Of a DNA stretch of 64,000 nucleotides, positions 21,102 to 31,615 are shown one piece after another. Location of the stretch: NCBI GenBank assembly GCA_043775825.1, contig JAYVRX010000071.1, positions 20,399 through 84,398 of the forward strand, read 5' to 3'. The stretch's first letter is position 1, and every line of letters starts with the position of its first letter. Both the position numbers and the translations under genes were made by a program. The stretch is from Deinococcales bacterium. GTDB lineage: Bacteria > Deinococcota > Deinococci > Deinococcales > JAAFIG01. A model generated the notes under the pieces. That model saw nothing but the letters and a program-made list of their open reading frames with translations. It did no database searches and was not told where the DNA came from.

Positions 21102-22568
21102 TCAAGTCGTCAAATCAAACTCTCGTTCACCCAATGCCACCCGTTCAGGTTTTGGCACTGCCGCGCCCTCGAGATCGGGCAGCAACTTCCCAGGGTTCAT
21201 GATGCCGTTCGGGTCGAAGGTGTGCTTGATGCGCCAGTACGCCTCCAGGGTGGCTCGAGGGGTGGCTTCGGTCATAAAGCCACGTTTCATCAGTCCAATG
21301 CCGTGCTCGCCACTTAAGACCCCGCCGTGTTTCAGTGCAACCCGAGCGATTTCGTGCGCGAATTCGTCCACCTCTTCAATATTATCGGTGGTGCGGTTGA
21401 ACAAAATGTTCGGGTGCAAATTGCCGTCGCCCGCATGACCAAAGATCGCAAACGGAAACGGATAGCGCTTGGCAATTTCCTGCATTTCGCGCATGGCAGG
21501 CTCGAGCCTACTGCGCGGCACAACAATATCTTCGTTAAAACGGTTTGGGCGAATATTCCCCAAAGCAGGCGAGACGCTGCGCCGCGCCTTCCAGAGTTGC
21601 GCCGCCTCAGTTGCATCGGCAGCCAATTTGGTCTGGGTTGCACCAGCTTCCCTAAAGGCATCGGCAGCACTTTCAATCTCGAGCCTGACAACCTCACTAT
21701 CATCACCGTCACAATCGCAGACCAGAATCGCTTCGGCATCAACTGGCAAACCCAAGTGCAAAAATTGCTCCACTGCTTTAATGCTGTTCTGATCCATCAA
21801 CTCGAGCTTTGCGGGCGTCAAACCCCTGGCGGTAATCAGTGCCACCGCACGACCCGCCTGCCCAAGGTCAGAGAACACCGCAAATGCCGTTCGCGTAAAT
21901 TTGGGGATTGGCTCGAGTTTCAAAACTGCTTCGGTCACAAACGCCAGCGTGCCCTCAGAACCGATAATCACCCCAGGAATGTCCAAACCCTCGCGGTTCA
22001 TGCGTCTGATCTCACCGTCCGCCGTGACAAACTCGAGACTGATAACATAATCGCCAGTCACGCCTTTTTTAAGACACTGTGGACCCCCGGCATTCTCGGC
22101 AATGTTGCCCCCAATCGTACTTTGGCGGCTCGAGGCTGGGTCGGGCGGGTAGTACAACCCAAAAGTTTTGGCTTTGGCGCTGATCGCGTCCGTAATCACC
22201 CCAGGTTGTACCGTCGCCGTCCGTGCCAATTCATCAACCTCGAGTTTGGTCATTTTGTTCGTGGCGATCATGATGCACGTACCCACAGGCACAGCGCCAC
22301 CAGACAAACCGCTCGAGCCGCCACGCGGCACAACCGGAATCTTGTAGGCATTGCAGAGCTTTAAGGTGTTTGCCACATCTTGTGTGGTTTCGGCAATGAC
22401 CACCGCCACGGGTGCAGGACCTTGCGCGATGGCATCGTAACGGTACAAGAGCATTTCCGTGGGGTTGGTGTGCAATTTACTGCCCAAAACGGCTTGTAAC
22501 GCCTCGAGCAAGGCATTCGGAATTGAGTTTGAAAGTGCATTGACGCTCATGGGGTTAGCGTACCGCAA
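21102..22568 (-). CDS. FAD-binding oxidoreductase (GlcD / D-lactate dehydrogenase family)
   Basis: FAD_binding_4 motif [14 protein letters not shown] and C-terminal FAD-oxidase domain ...GEHGIGLMK...[10 protein letters not shown]. Confidence 0.85.
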   Translation of the reverse strand: MRYANPMSVNALSNSIPNALLEALQAVLGSKLHTNPTEMLLYRYDAIAQGPAPVAVVIAETTQDVANTLKLCNAYKIPVVPRGGSSGLSGGAVPVGTCIMIATNKMTKLEVDELARTATVQPGVITDAISAKAKTFGLYYPPDPASSRQSTIGGNIAENAGGPQCLKKGVTGDYVISLEFVTADGEIRRMNREGLDIPGVIIGSEGTLAFVTEAVLKLEPIPKFTRTAFAVFSDLGQAGRAVALITARGLTPAKLELMDQNSIKAVEQFLHLGLPVDAEAILVCDCDGDDSEVVRLEIESAADAFREAGATQTKLAADATEAAQLWKARRSVSPALGNIRPNRFNEDIVVPRSRLEPAMREMQEIAKRYPFPFAIFGHAGDGNLHPNILFNRTTDNIEEVDEFAHEIARVALKHGGVLSGEHGIGLMKRGFMTEATPRATLEAYWRIKHTFDPNGIMNPGKLLPDLEGAAVPKPERVALGEREFDLTT

Positions 22569-22625
22569 TCAAGGCTGGATTTCAGGGGTCAGATTTCCCC
22601 TGATGCGAAAAACCTGCGCTGGACT

Positions 22626-23627
22626 TTGCTTGGATACGGTATGCTTGCTGTTAGCATGACTTTAACTCCTGCCAGTACCCCGCCTTCAGCCGCCATCGTT
22701 CCTGCGGTGAGCGCCATCAATTTGGGTAAAAAATACGGGAAAATACCTGTACTCGAGGGTGTTAACTTCAATGTTCTCCCTGGACAAGTGTACGCGCTCG
22801 CCGGTCCGAACGGCGCGGGCAAAACCACCCTGATTCGCTTAATCACGGGTTTGTCTTTTCCGACCAGTGGCAAGGTCTTGTTGAACGGCGAGGACGTTCA
22901 TCAGGGTGGACCGAGGGTGCGGCGTTTTATGGGCGCGGTGGTCGAAGCGCCAGCCGCCTTTTACCCGCATTTAACGGGTCGTGAGAACCTCGAGGCTCAT
23001 GCGCGGCTGGCGGGTGGGGTTGGCATCGGCAACGACGGTGTGCTGTTCAAACTTGATGACGCTCGAGTGCGTGAGGTTTTAACGCTGACTGAACTGTTGC
23101 GAATGCAGGATCGTAAAGTTGGCGAGTACAGCCTTGGGCAGCGTCAACGCCTCGGTTTGGCGGGTGCGATTCTGGCAAATCCCAAAGTTTTGATTCTCGA
23201 TGAACCGACCAGTGGTCTCGACCCTCTGGGCATTGGTTTGATTCACCGGATTCTCTCGAGCATGGCGTCCAGTGGCACGGCAACCATCCTCAGCACGCAC
23301 CACTTGCGCGAAGTCTCGAGTTATGCGCACAAGGTTTGCATTCTTGGCGGTGGTAGGTTGCTCGAGGAAGTTGATCTCAGCACCCGTCAAAGCGCCTATC
23401 GTTTCCGCGTCGATGACCCCGCCAAAGCCGCTGCCGCCCTCAGCACCCAACCGTTTGTCACTCGGGCTTACGCCCGTCCACCGTACACCATCGCGCATCT
23501 TGAGGGCGAAATGCACGCCCCCGCCGCGATTCGGGTTTTGGCGCTCGAGGGCGTGCGAATTTTTGAAGCCGCGCCCGATTTGTTTGACCTGTACGAATAC
23601 TACCGTGAACGCGTGGAGAGATCATGA
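22626..23627 (+). CDS. ABC transporter ATP-binding protein
   Basis: Walker [10 protein letters not shown], signature YSLGQRQR, Walker [12 protein letters not shown]. The start may be an internal Met. Confidence 0.85.
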   Translation: MLGYGMLAVSMTLTPASTPPSAAIVPAVSAINLGKKYGKIPVLEGVNFNVLPGQVYALAGPNGAGKTTLIRLITGLSFPTSGKVLLNGEDVHQGGPRVRRFMGAVVEAPAAFYPHLTGRENLEAHARLAGGVGIGNDGVLFKLDDARVREVLTLTELLRMQDRKVGEYSLGQRQRLGLAGAILANPKVLILDEPTSGLDPLGIGLIHRILSSMASSGTATILSTHHLREVSSYAHKVCILGGGRLLEEVDLSTRQSAYRFRVDDPAKAAAALSTQPFVTRAYARPPYTIAHLEGEMHAPAAIRVLALEGVRIFEAAPDLFDLYEYYRERVERS

Positions 23628-24454
23628 CACAAGCAAATATAAAACTACCCGGTTCCGGTTACGGATTGTTGCAACTCGAGTTTCGCAAATTGATCGGTTT
23701 TCGCAGTGTGCGCCTTGGGCTAATCGTGGCGTTTTTTATTCCAATCTTGCTGATTTTTGCGCCCGATGACGGCTTGTCGCAAGTGGTCGGCTCTAACCTG
23801 ATTCTGGTGTCTGGTTGGCAAGTTCCAGGCTTGACCCTGTTTATCGTCATGCCGTTTTTGCTGCCCTTGCTGGTTGCTGTGACCTGTGCCGAAATTGTTG
23901 GTGGCGAGGTTGCCTGGGGGACGCTCGCGCCCTTGTTGCTGCGCCCAGTCTCGAGAACCCGCATTGCCCTTTCAAAACTTTTTGTTGCCGTGCTTTACCC
24001 GCTCATGCTGTTGCTAGTGACATTGATTAGCAGCTTGTTGATTGGTGGGCTTCGTTTTGGTTTTGGCAGTTTTTTTGGTGGCACAGGACTTGCTGAGGGT
24101 GGTTTTAATGGCATTGGTAACCTCGAGCCGCTCACAGCCTTATTTGAGTTAACTCGAGCGTACTTAATTGCCGGTTTGGTGCTCGCGCCGATAGCCGGCT
24201 TGGGCATCGTGTTTGGCATTTTGTACATGAACACCGCCGCCGCCGCGCTCGCCAGCGTTGCCAGTATTATTTTGATGCGACTGTTGGCGGTGTTTACCTG
24301 GCTCAAACCACTGCTTTTGACTGAACACCTGGATGCCTATTCACCGATTCGCGCCAGTTCATTCAAGATCGAGCAATCACTGATTTTGCTCTTGATGTAC
24401 ACCATCGCTTGCGCTGTGGCTGCCGTGGCACTCTTTGAACGCAAAGATTTATAA
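23624..24454 (+). CDS. ABC-2 family transporter permease
   Basis: Six hydrophobic helices. ATGA overlap with the upstream ATPase gene. Confidence 0.65.
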   Translation: MTQANIKLPGSGYGLLQLEFRKLIGFRSVRLGLIVAFFIPILLIFAPDDGLSQVVGSNLILVSGWQVPGLTLFIVMPFLLPLLVAVTCAEIVGGEVAWGTLAPLLLRPVSRTRIALSKLFVAVLYPLMLLLVTLISSLLIGGLRFGFGSFFGGTGLAEGGFNGIGNLEPLTALFELTRAYLIAGLVLAPIAGLGIVFGILYMNTAAAALASVASIILMRLLAVFTWLKPLLLTEHLDAYSPIRASSFKIEQSLILLLMYTIACAVAAVALFERKDL

Positions 24455-25801
24455 CCCTGCGGCAACAACCTCAAGCGATTCTCGAGCGGCATTCAACGTC
24501 ATCTCGAGGTCGGTTTGCTCATGCTTGCTCGAGAAAAACGCCGCCTCAAACTGGCTGGGTGGCAGGTAGACGCCGCGCTCGAGCATGGCGTTGAAAAAGA
24601 GTTTGAAGGCTTCGGTGTTGGATTGTACGGCGTCGCTGTAGGTGGTGACACTTCCAGCTTGAAAAAATGCCGTCAGCATTGAACCAACGCGGTTTACGGT
24701 TAACGGCACTCCCGCATCTAGCGCCGCAAGTTCTAAACCAGTTTGCAATTTTTGCCCGTAAACCTCGAGTTGGGCATATGGCGGGTTTTTCTCGAGTTCG
24801 CTCAGGGTGGCGATGCCTGCCGCCATTGCCAGTGGATTGCCCGAAAGCGTACCAGCCTGGTAGACAGGACCACTCGGCGCAATAAATTCCATGATGTTTG
24901 CCGATCCGCCGTAAGCCCCAACCGGCAGACCACCCCCAATAATCTTGCCCCAGCAAACAATGTCTGGCTCGAGTTTTAAAAGTTGGGTTGCGCCGCCTGG
25001 TGAGAGTCTAAAACCCGTCATGACCTCATCGGCAATCAAAAGTGTGCCGTTGGCTTTGCACAATTGATGCAAGGCTTTCAAAAATTCTTTGGTTGGCTCG
25101 AGCAAGCCCGCGTTGCCCACCACGGGTTCAAAAATCACGGCGGCAATCTGATCTGGGAAATTTGCAAACAATTGCTCGAGCGTTTCTGGTACGTTGTAAT
25201 CGGCAACCAAGGTCAGGCTGGCAAATTCTTTTGGCACGCCAGCGCTGCTCGGCGCACTCTTGCTCGAGCGGAGCGAGGCATTGAATTCAGCACTGCTCGA
25301 GCCACCGCTTGCAGTCAGCATTCCCGAACCTGCCTGCACCAGCAAACCATCCGAATGCCCGTGGTAATTTCCGCGAAATTTGACAACGTACTTGCGGTTT
25401 GTGACCCCTCTCGCAAGTCGTAACGCGCTCATGGTGGCTTCAGTCCCGCTCGAAACAAAACGCACACGTTCACAACTTGGATAGGCTTTTAACACCAACT
25501 CGGCAAGTTCAATCTCGCGTCTGGTCGGCGCACCAAAACTTGTTCCACCCTCGAGTGCCGTCCGAATCGCGGCTGCCACAGCAGGGTGCGCATGACCGAG
25601 GATCATTGGACCCCACGAACCGATGTAATCCACGAATTCGTTGCCGTCCTCGTCCCACATTCTCGAGCCGCTGGCTTTGGCAATAAACCGTGGTACGCCG
25701 CCAACAGCACCAAATGCCCGCACGGGTGAGTTCACGCCGCCAGGAATGACTTGTTGGGCGTGCCTGAAAAGTTGGCTGGATTGTAAAGTTTTTGAACTCA
25801 T
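24449..25801 (-). CDS. hemL: glutamate-1-semialdehyde 2,1-aminomutase
   Basis: IPGGVNSPVRAF, class III aminotransferase core, FDEVMTGFR-like LIADEVMTGFR. Start chosen at MSSKTLQ. Carries an atypical Ser-rich insertion (see findings). Confidence 0.9.
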   Translation of the reverse strand: MSSKTLQSSQLFRHAQQVIPGGVNSPVRAFGAVGGVPRFIAKASGSRMWDEDGNEFVDYIGSWGPMILGHAHPAVAAAIRTALEGGTSFGAPTRREIELAELVLKAYPSCERVRFVSSGTEATMSALRLARGVTNRKYVVKFRGNYHGHSDGLLVQAGSGMLTASGGSSSAEFNASLRSSKSAPSSAGVPKEFASLTLVADYNVPETLEQLFANFPDQIAAVIFEPVVGNAGLLEPTKEFLKALHQLCKANGTLLIADEVMTGFRLSPGGATQLLKLEPDIVCWGKIIGGGLPVGAYGGSANIMEFIAPSGPVYQAGTLSGNPLAMAAGIATLSELEKNPPYAQLEVYGQKLQTGLELAALDAGVPLTVNRVGSMLTAFFQAGSVTTYSDAVQSNTEAFKLFFNAMLERGVYLPPSQFEAAFFSSKHEQTDLEMTLNAARESLEVVAAGL

Positions 25802-25938
25802 GGCGCGAACCTTACAACTCAAGCTCCCTTGATGACAAGAGGCAACCAGGCTCTGCTCAAGCGAAGCGAGGCATTGAAATTTATGCTGACACTTCTGTGA
25901 CACTCCTCATCGCGTTTTGTTGCAAAGTAATCAACGGA

Positions 25939-27138
25939 ATGGAACGACTGGCACTGATTGGGGTTTCTGAACGACGCGGCGGCAGCGATGCGCTAGCGGC
26001 GTGGACTGAAATGCTGCCAGCAATTCTCGAGCAACCCATGCCAGCAGGGGTACTCGAGTTGGTGAGCCTGAAGACCTGCAACCGTTGCGAGTTGGTTTTG
26101 GCTCTGGGTGACTCGGCAAACCTACATCGAATCCGTCAATATTTTTCGGGCGGTGACGCTCGAGGTTACGCGTTTTTAGGTGATGCGGCGCTTGAGCATT
26201 TGTGTCGTGTGGCGGCTTCACTCGATTCTTTAAACCCTGGCGAGGATCAGATTATGAATCAAGTGCGGGTCGCGTTTGAAACCGCACGAAAAGCTGGGCG
26301 TGTGGGTTCGATCACCAGTTTTGCCTTTGACACCGCCTTGCGTGCCGCAAAACGCGTGCGCCGTGAGGTCGCGCTCGCACCTGCCAACACGAGTTTGTTC
26401 AGCTTAGCCAGACCAGACCTCGAGAAACTGCCCAAAAATGCAAAAGTCGCTATTTTGGGCGCGGGTGAGATGGGCGCGTTGGTTGCCCGAAGTCTGGTAA
26501 ATTCTGGGTTTGAATTGATGGTCGTCAATCGCAACTTTGAGCGTGCCGAGAATCTTGCCTCAAGTGTGAAAGCTCGAGGTATGGCGTTACAAGATTTTTT
26601 GCAAGGCTCAACGCAAGTCAACGCGATTATTTGTGCCACACCTGCCGAAAATATCATCAATGCGGCGTTTCTGGCGACTCAAAAAAACTTGGAAATCCTG
26701 GTCGATTTGGGCTTGCCGCACAACGTCAACCCTACCGACGCCCGAGCCTCAAAAGTGCAACTGATTGACCTGACGCAATTGCAAAAACTTGGCGATGCGC
26801 GTCGTGAAAAATTGCAAGTTCTTTTGGCACGAGCCGAAATGATTATTGCCAGTGAACTCGAGCTGGCGCTGGGCGAATTTGCCGAACGCTCCTTGGGTGC
26901 GGCGATCAGTCAATTGCGCGATGTTTACATGGACACGATTGAACGCACCGTTGGCAATTTACTGTCCCCAGAAGATGTCATGCGTTTGGCGCACCGCTTC
27001 GCCCACATTCCAGTCAAGGGTCTGCGCGGTCTGGCTCGAGCGCACGGTTTGGAAATGGCGTACTCTTTTTTGGACGAGGCAGGTTTGGCTCGGGGAAATC
27101 CTCAAAGTTTAGAAGATCAGGTGATGGTCGGTGCATAA
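25939..27138 (+). CDS. hemA: glutamyl-tRNA reductase
   Basis: MERLALIGVS..., catalytic TCNR (LKTCNRCE), NADP site ILGAGEMG. Divergent from hemL. Confidence 0.85.
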   Translation: MERLALIGVSERRGGSDALAAWTEMLPAILEQPMPAGVLELVSLKTCNRCELVLALGDSANLHRIRQYFSGGDARGYAFLGDAALEHLCRVAASLDSLNPGEDQIMNQVRVAFETARKAGRVGSITSFAFDTALRAAKRVRREVALAPANTSLFSLARPDLEKLPKNAKVAILGAGEMGALVARSLVNSGFELMVVNRNFERAENLASSVKARGMALQDFLQGSTQVNAIICATPAENIINAAFLATQKNLEILVDLGLPHNVNPTDARASKVQLIDLTQLQKLGDARREKLQVLLARAEMIIASELELALGEFAERSLGAAISQLRDVYMDTIERTVGNLLSPEDVMRLAHRFAHIPVKGLRGLARAHGLEMAYSFLDEAGLARGNPQSLEDQVMVGA

Positions 27139-28018
27139 GATCCGGATTGCAACCAGGGGCAGCGCACTGGCGTTGTGGCAAGCCAATTGGGTTCGGACGG
27201 AACTCGAGCGGCAGCAAGTCGAGGTCGAACTGGTCATCATTGAAACCCAGGGTGACCTTGAATCTGCGGCGTTTCGCAACATGCTCGGGCAGGGTTTTTT
27301 TACCAAAGCGGTACAAGATGCGCTGAATAATGGAAACGCGGATATTGCCGTGCATTCGCTGAAAGATTTACCCAGTGCTGTGACACCTGGTTTAACCATT
27401 GCGGCAATCCCTGAACGTGAAGATGCTCGAGAAGTCCTGCTGATAAATCCAAATGCGTTTGACTCGAGCGTCCCAAAATTACCCGTGCGTTTTGGTGCAA
27501 CTCTCGGCACGAGTGCCGTGCGTCGTCAAGCCCAACTGAGTGCCTTGCGTCCCGACTTTGAGCTTCTTGAATTGCGCGGCAACGTGCCAACCAGGGTCGA
27601 TAAATTGCGCCGTGGTGATTACGACGCCATAGTCTTGGCGGCGGCGGGCTTGAAGCGTTTGAATTTGGATTTGCACGATTTGCAAGTCATCACGCTCGAG
27701 CCAAGCGTTTTTGTTCCCGCCCCAGGGCAAGGTGCGTTGGCGCTCGAGTGTCGTACTGATGATGCGCGAACACTTTCTTTGCTTATCAATTTAGACAATC
27801 AAGATGCCCGAGAAACCGTGCAAACCGAACGTGGTCTGATGGCAAAACTCGAGGGTGGTTGTCAGTTGGCATTGGGCGCAAGTGCTCAAAAACTCGAGGA
27901 TGGCGTGGGGCTGCTGGCTTGGTACGGTGGACGTTTTTACAAAGCGCACGGTTCGAGCGAAACCGTAATTGCACAGATTCATAGTGAAATCATGCAGGAA
28001 ATGTTGGTGAAGTCATGA
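27131..28018 (+). CDS. hemC: hydroxymethylbilane synthase (porphobilinogen deaminase)
   Basis: IRIATRGSALALWQA, TQGD, RGNVPTR, APGQGALA. GTG start overlaps the hemA stop. Confidence 0.9.
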   Translation: MHKIRIATRGSALALWQANWVRTELERQQVEVELVIIETQGDLESAAFRNMLGQGFFTKAVQDALNNGNADIAVHSLKDLPSAVTPGLTIAAIPEREDAREVLLINPNAFDSSVPKLPVRFGATLGTSAVRRQAQLSALRPDFELLELRGNVPTRVDKLRRGDYDAIVLAAAGLKRLNLDLHDLQVITLEPSVFVPAPGQGALALECRTDDARTLSLLINLDNQDARETVQTERGLMAKLEGGCQLALGASAQKLEDGVGLLAWYGGRFYKAHGSSETVIAQIHSEIMQEMLVKS

Positions 28019-28707
28019 ACGTGGTCTTGACCCATTCCAACAACCGCTTTGAAATTTTGCAAACCGTGCTCGAGCAACGCGGTTTTTCGGTGGTACATCA
28101 CCCGTTGATTCGCACTCAAAGCATCGAAAATGTCAACCTCGAGCCAATCATGGATTATGAATGGTGGTTGTTTACCAGTGTCGCTGCCGTGGAGGCACTG
28201 CAAGAACGTGGTGTTTTGACTGGACGTAAGGTTGCGGCGGTGGGGGTTGCCACGGCGCAGGCATTGCGTCAAACCCAAGCCAATGTTGCATTTGTGGCAA
28301 TTGGCGGCAATTCTGAAAGCTTCGCCAAAGAATTTCTGGCGTATAAACCCAATTCACCGATGGCGGTGATCGGCGGCGATCATTCACTGATGACGCTGCC
28401 AAACGCGTTACGCGCAGCCAATCTCGAGGTTCGGTTTTTGGAGGTTTACCGTACCTTCTCAAATTCTTGGGATGACTTTGTGGGCTGTGAACATCACGCC
28501 ATTGTCCTCATGAGTCCAAGTGCGGTCAATGTGATCCCTGAGCGTGTAGCTCGAGATGCGGATTTGGTGGCACTGGGTCAAACCACGGCTGCCAGCATTT
28601 TGGCTCGAGGATGGACTTGTGTGGTTGCACAAAAACCCGAAATGGCTGCGGTCATTGAGGTCTTGGAAGCTTTGAAAGACAGGAGAGGCAATGCACGATT
28701 TAACTGA
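28015..28707 (+). CDS. hemD: uroporphyrinogen-III synthase
   Basis: Size, position between hemC and hemB, ATGA overlap with hemC, and a weak HEM4-like pattern. Confidence 0.7.
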   Translation: MNVVLTHSNNRFEILQTVLEQRGFSVVHHPLIRTQSIENVNLEPIMDYEWWLFTSVAAVEALQERGVLTGRKVAAVGVATAQALRQTQANVAFVAIGGNSESFAKEFLAYKPNSPMAVIGGDHSLMTLPNALRAANLEVRFLEVYRTFSNSWDDFVGCEHHAIVLMSPSAVNVIPERVARDADLVALGQTTAASILARGWTCVVAQKPEMAAVIEVLEALKDRRGNARFN

Positions 28708-29728
28708 ACGACCCACAATATTGCTCGAATCATCGCTCGAGCTTCCAAGCCGTCCAAGACGGTTGCGCTCGAGTGTGGCATTGCGCGATTCTGTGGCAGA
28801 GACTTTGTTGCAGCCCCAAGATTTTATCGCGCCGTTTTTTGTGATTCCGGGCATTAAAACCATTCAACCCATCCAGGCGCTGCCAGGCATCTCGAGGTTT
28901 AGCGTTGACGAATTCTTACCCCAACTCGAGCGGGCATTGAAGTTGGGCGTGCGGTCTTTTGTGATTTTTGGGGTGCTGCCGCAGAGCCAAAAAGACGCGA
29001 ATGCTACCAGTGCCAGCGACCCAAGCTCGGTGATTCCCAACGCGATTCGTGCAGCTCGAGCCGCGTTTGGTAACGACATTGTGTTGTATTCCGATGTCTG
29101 CCTGTGCACCCACACCGATCATGGACACTGCGGTTTGCTGCGTGAAACCTCGCGTGGCGTCGTGATTGACAACGACTCGAGTTTGGCGCGACTGGCGGAC
29201 ATGGCGCTGACCCATGCGGAGGCGGGCGTGGATTTTGTTGCGCCGTCGGACATGATGGATGGACGCATTGGTTATATCCGCAAGGCACTGGACGCTAGCG
29301 GCTTAACCGACGTTGGAATTCTGTCTTACGCCGTGAAATACGCCAGCGCCTTTTACGGTCCATTCCGCGAGGCTGCCGGCAGTGCGCCCAGTTTCGGTGA
29401 TCGCAGTTCGTATCAAATGGATTACAGAAATACTTCTGACGCCTTGCGCGAAGCCACCCTCGACGAAGCTGAGGGCGCAGACATGCTAATGGTCAAACCC
29501 GCGCTGCCGTATTTAGACGTGATCGCTCGGGTTAAAGATCAAACCCACTTGCCAGTCGTGGCGTACAACGTTTCAGGCGAGTACGCCATGCTGAAAGCCG
29601 CCGCCAGCGTTGGGGTATTGGATGAAGCCAAATCGGTGCGCGAAGCCTTGACCGGCATCAAACGCGCCGGTGCTAGCCTGATTATTTCCTATTATGCGCT
29701 CGAGGCAATCGAAAAAGGTTGGCTCTAA
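28691..29728 (+). CDS. hemB: porphobilinogen synthase (delta-aminolevulinate dehydratase)
   Basis: RPRRLR, FPLF-like APFFV, active-site VAPSDMMDGR, MVKPALPYLD, AYNVSGEYAM. Confidence 0.9.
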   Translation: MHDLTERPTILLESSLELPSRPRRLRSSVALRDSVAETLLQPQDFIAPFFVIPGIKTIQPIQALPGISRFSVDEFLPQLERALKLGVRSFVIFGVLPQSQKDANATSASDPSSVIPNAIRAARAAFGNDIVLYSDVCLCTHTDHGHCGLLRETSRGVVIDNDSSLARLADMALTHAEAGVDFVAPSDMMDGRIGYIRKALDASGLTDVGILSYAVKYASAFYGPFREAAGSAPSFGDRSSYQMDYRNTSDALREATLDEAEGADMLMVKPALPYLDVIARVKDQTHLPVVAYNVSGEYAMLKAAASVGVLDEAKSVREALTGIKRAGASLIISYYALEAIEKGWL

Positions 29729-29729
29729 A

Positions 29730-30890
29730 ATGAAATCTCGCCCTCCACGCAGCAGTTATAGCTCACAACTTTGGCGCTCGAGGTGGCGTGCCAGAATTGC
29801 CTTCGTGGTGATCGTGGCGTTTTTGGTGTTGCAACTCGATTGGTGGTTGATGTTTCAAAAAAATTATATTGAACAAGCCATGCTGCAAACCACGGTCACT
29901 TGGACCCGAGAAGCCCAAGCACTGCAAATGCTGCTCGAGAAAACACCGATTGAAGAGCGGTCAAAATTGCGTCAATCGCTTCAACTCGAGTACCCGCATT
30001 TGGATTTGAACGCCAGTTTGGTGCAGGTCAACCTCGAGAATGCCGAGGCGTACCGACACAAGCAAGTGGGTTACTTGCGGATGTTCGCCTTTGAAGGACC
30101 GTTTTTTGTGCTGGTGATTCTGGGCGGTTTGGCAGTGATTGCCTTTAGCTTGCGTAGTGAACGCGAGTTAAAACGCCGTCAAGAAAACTTTTTGATGGCT
30201 GCCACCCACGAATTCCGCACGCCCATCACGACCTTGCGCCTGCTGATTGAAACATCCATATACCGCGACTTTAGCCGTGAAAAACAACTCGAGTATCTGT
30301 CGCGCATGGAACTCGAGTTAAGGCGTTTGCAAGATTCTTCCGAACGCGTGCTGGCAACCGCCAGGCTCGAGCAGGGAATTCATCCGACAGAAATTGGAAT
30401 CAGCGATTTGAACCTGGTGGTCGGTACGCAATTGCGATCTTTGCAAACTGCACTGGAGGCTCGAGGGGCAAGCATCAAACTTGAGCTTGCGGATACGGTT
30501 TTGCCTGTGGCAATTGATGCCAGCGCATTTGGGATTGTGCTTTCAAATTTACTTGATAACGCCGTAAAATACAGTCAGAACGATGAAAAGCCGATCACCA
30601 TAAAACTTGGAACAATCCAAAATCAGGCATTTGTTTCAATCCAAGATCAAGGCGTGGGCATTGATCCCAACGAAGTCCCGAACATCTTCGACCAGTTCTA
30701 CCGCGTTGGCAGCGAACTCACCCGCGTCGCTCGAGGTTTGGGGCTGGGATTGTACCTGGTAAAATCAATTACCGAACTGATGGACGGACGGGTAAGTTGC
30801 GAACCACTGGCTCAGGGCACGCGTTTTACGGTGCGCTTTCCAATGCAAGCCCAAACCGCGCCCGCCAAAATCTTGCGGAGAAGTCTATGA
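29730..30890 (+). CDS. sensor histidine kinase (two TM helices, about 90-aa extracytoplasmic loop, HisKA plus HATPase_c)
   Basis: H-box ATHEFRTPIT, N-box LLDNAVKY, G-boxes DQGVGI and GLGLGLYLV. ATG lies 1 nt after the hemB stop. Confidence 0.85.
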   Translation: MKSRPPRSSYSSQLWRSRWRARIAFVVIVAFLVLQLDWWLMFQKNYIEQAMLQTTVTWTREAQALQMLLEKTPIEERSKLRQSLQLEYPHLDLNASLVQVNLENAEAYRHKQVGYLRMFAFEGPFFVLVILGGLAVIAFSLRSERELKRRQENFLMAATHEFRTPITTLRLLIETSIYRDFSREKQLEYLSRMELELRRLQDSSERVLATARLEQGIHPTEIGISDLNLVVGTQLRSLQTALEARGASIKLELADTVLPVAIDASAFGIVLSNLLDNAVKYSQNDEKPITIKLGTIQNQAFVSIQDQGVGIDPNEVPNIFDQFYRVGSELTRVARGLGLGLYLVKSITELMDGRVSCEPLAQGTRFTVRFPMQAQTAPAKILRRSL

Positions 30891-31615
30891 AATTCCGCGT
30901 ATTGATCGTCGAAGACGAACCCAGCATGGCGCAAATCCTGGCTGAAAACCTCGAGCTTGAAGGCATGGACATATTTATTGCCCGCAATGGAAAAGACGCG
31001 CTCGAGCAATGGCGTGCGCTCGAGCCTGACCTTGTAGTGCTCGATGTGATGCTGCCAAAATTAAACGGTTTTGAAGTTTGCCAACAGATGCGTGAGGCTG
31101 GAAATCGCACACCCGTTTTATTTCTGAGCGCCAAAGGTCAAGCCGAAGACCGTGTTCAAGGACTTAAATCTGGTGGCGACGATTATGTGGTCAAACCCTT
31201 TCACCTGCCCGAATTTATGCTGCGCGTCTCGAACATGCTGCGCCGTGCCAAATGGGTGAACAAAGAACTCGAGACTGGATTTGTCTTTGCCTTTGGAGGT
31301 CACAGCGTTGACTTTAGGGCTTGGACGACCAGGCTGCAAAATGGTCGCGTTGAAAGTTTAAACGAACGAGAGATCATGATTTTCAAACTTCTGGTTGAAC
31401 GCAAAAATGCTGTTGTCGCCAGGGACGATATTCTCGATGTGGTTTGGGGAAACGATGTCTTTCCCTCGAGCCGCACGATAGATAATTTTGTCGTGCGTCT
31501 GCGCCGATTTTTTGAACCCGATCCAAGCAACCCAATCTACTTGCACACCGTTTGGGGCGTGGGTTACCGCTTTACGCCCGAAGGAATTATAGACCAGAAG
31601 AGAGCCTTATCATGA
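30887..31615 (+). CDS. OmpR/PhoB-family response regulator
   Basis: Receiver domain (VLIVEDE, DLVVLDVMLP, KP) and winged helix (...VWGVGYRF). ATGA overlaps with both the kinase and hemE. Confidence 0.9.
   Translation: MKFRVLIVEDEPSMAQILAENLELEGMDIFIARNGKDALEQWRALEPDLVVLDVMLPKLNGFEVCQQMREAGNRTPVLFLSAKGQAEDRVQGLKSGGDDYVVKPFHLPEFMLRVSNMLRRAKWVNKELETGFVFAFGGHSVDFRAWTTRLQNGRVESLNEREIMIFKLLVERKNAVVARDDILDVVWGNDVFPSSRTIDNFVVRLRRFFEPDPSNPIYLHTVWGVGYRFTPEGIIDQKRALS

Noticed and set aside
21327-22364. 345-aa ORF on the plus strand
   Set aside because: It is antisense to the well-supported GlcD-like FAD oxidase. The composition is Arg-rich and no motifs are present.
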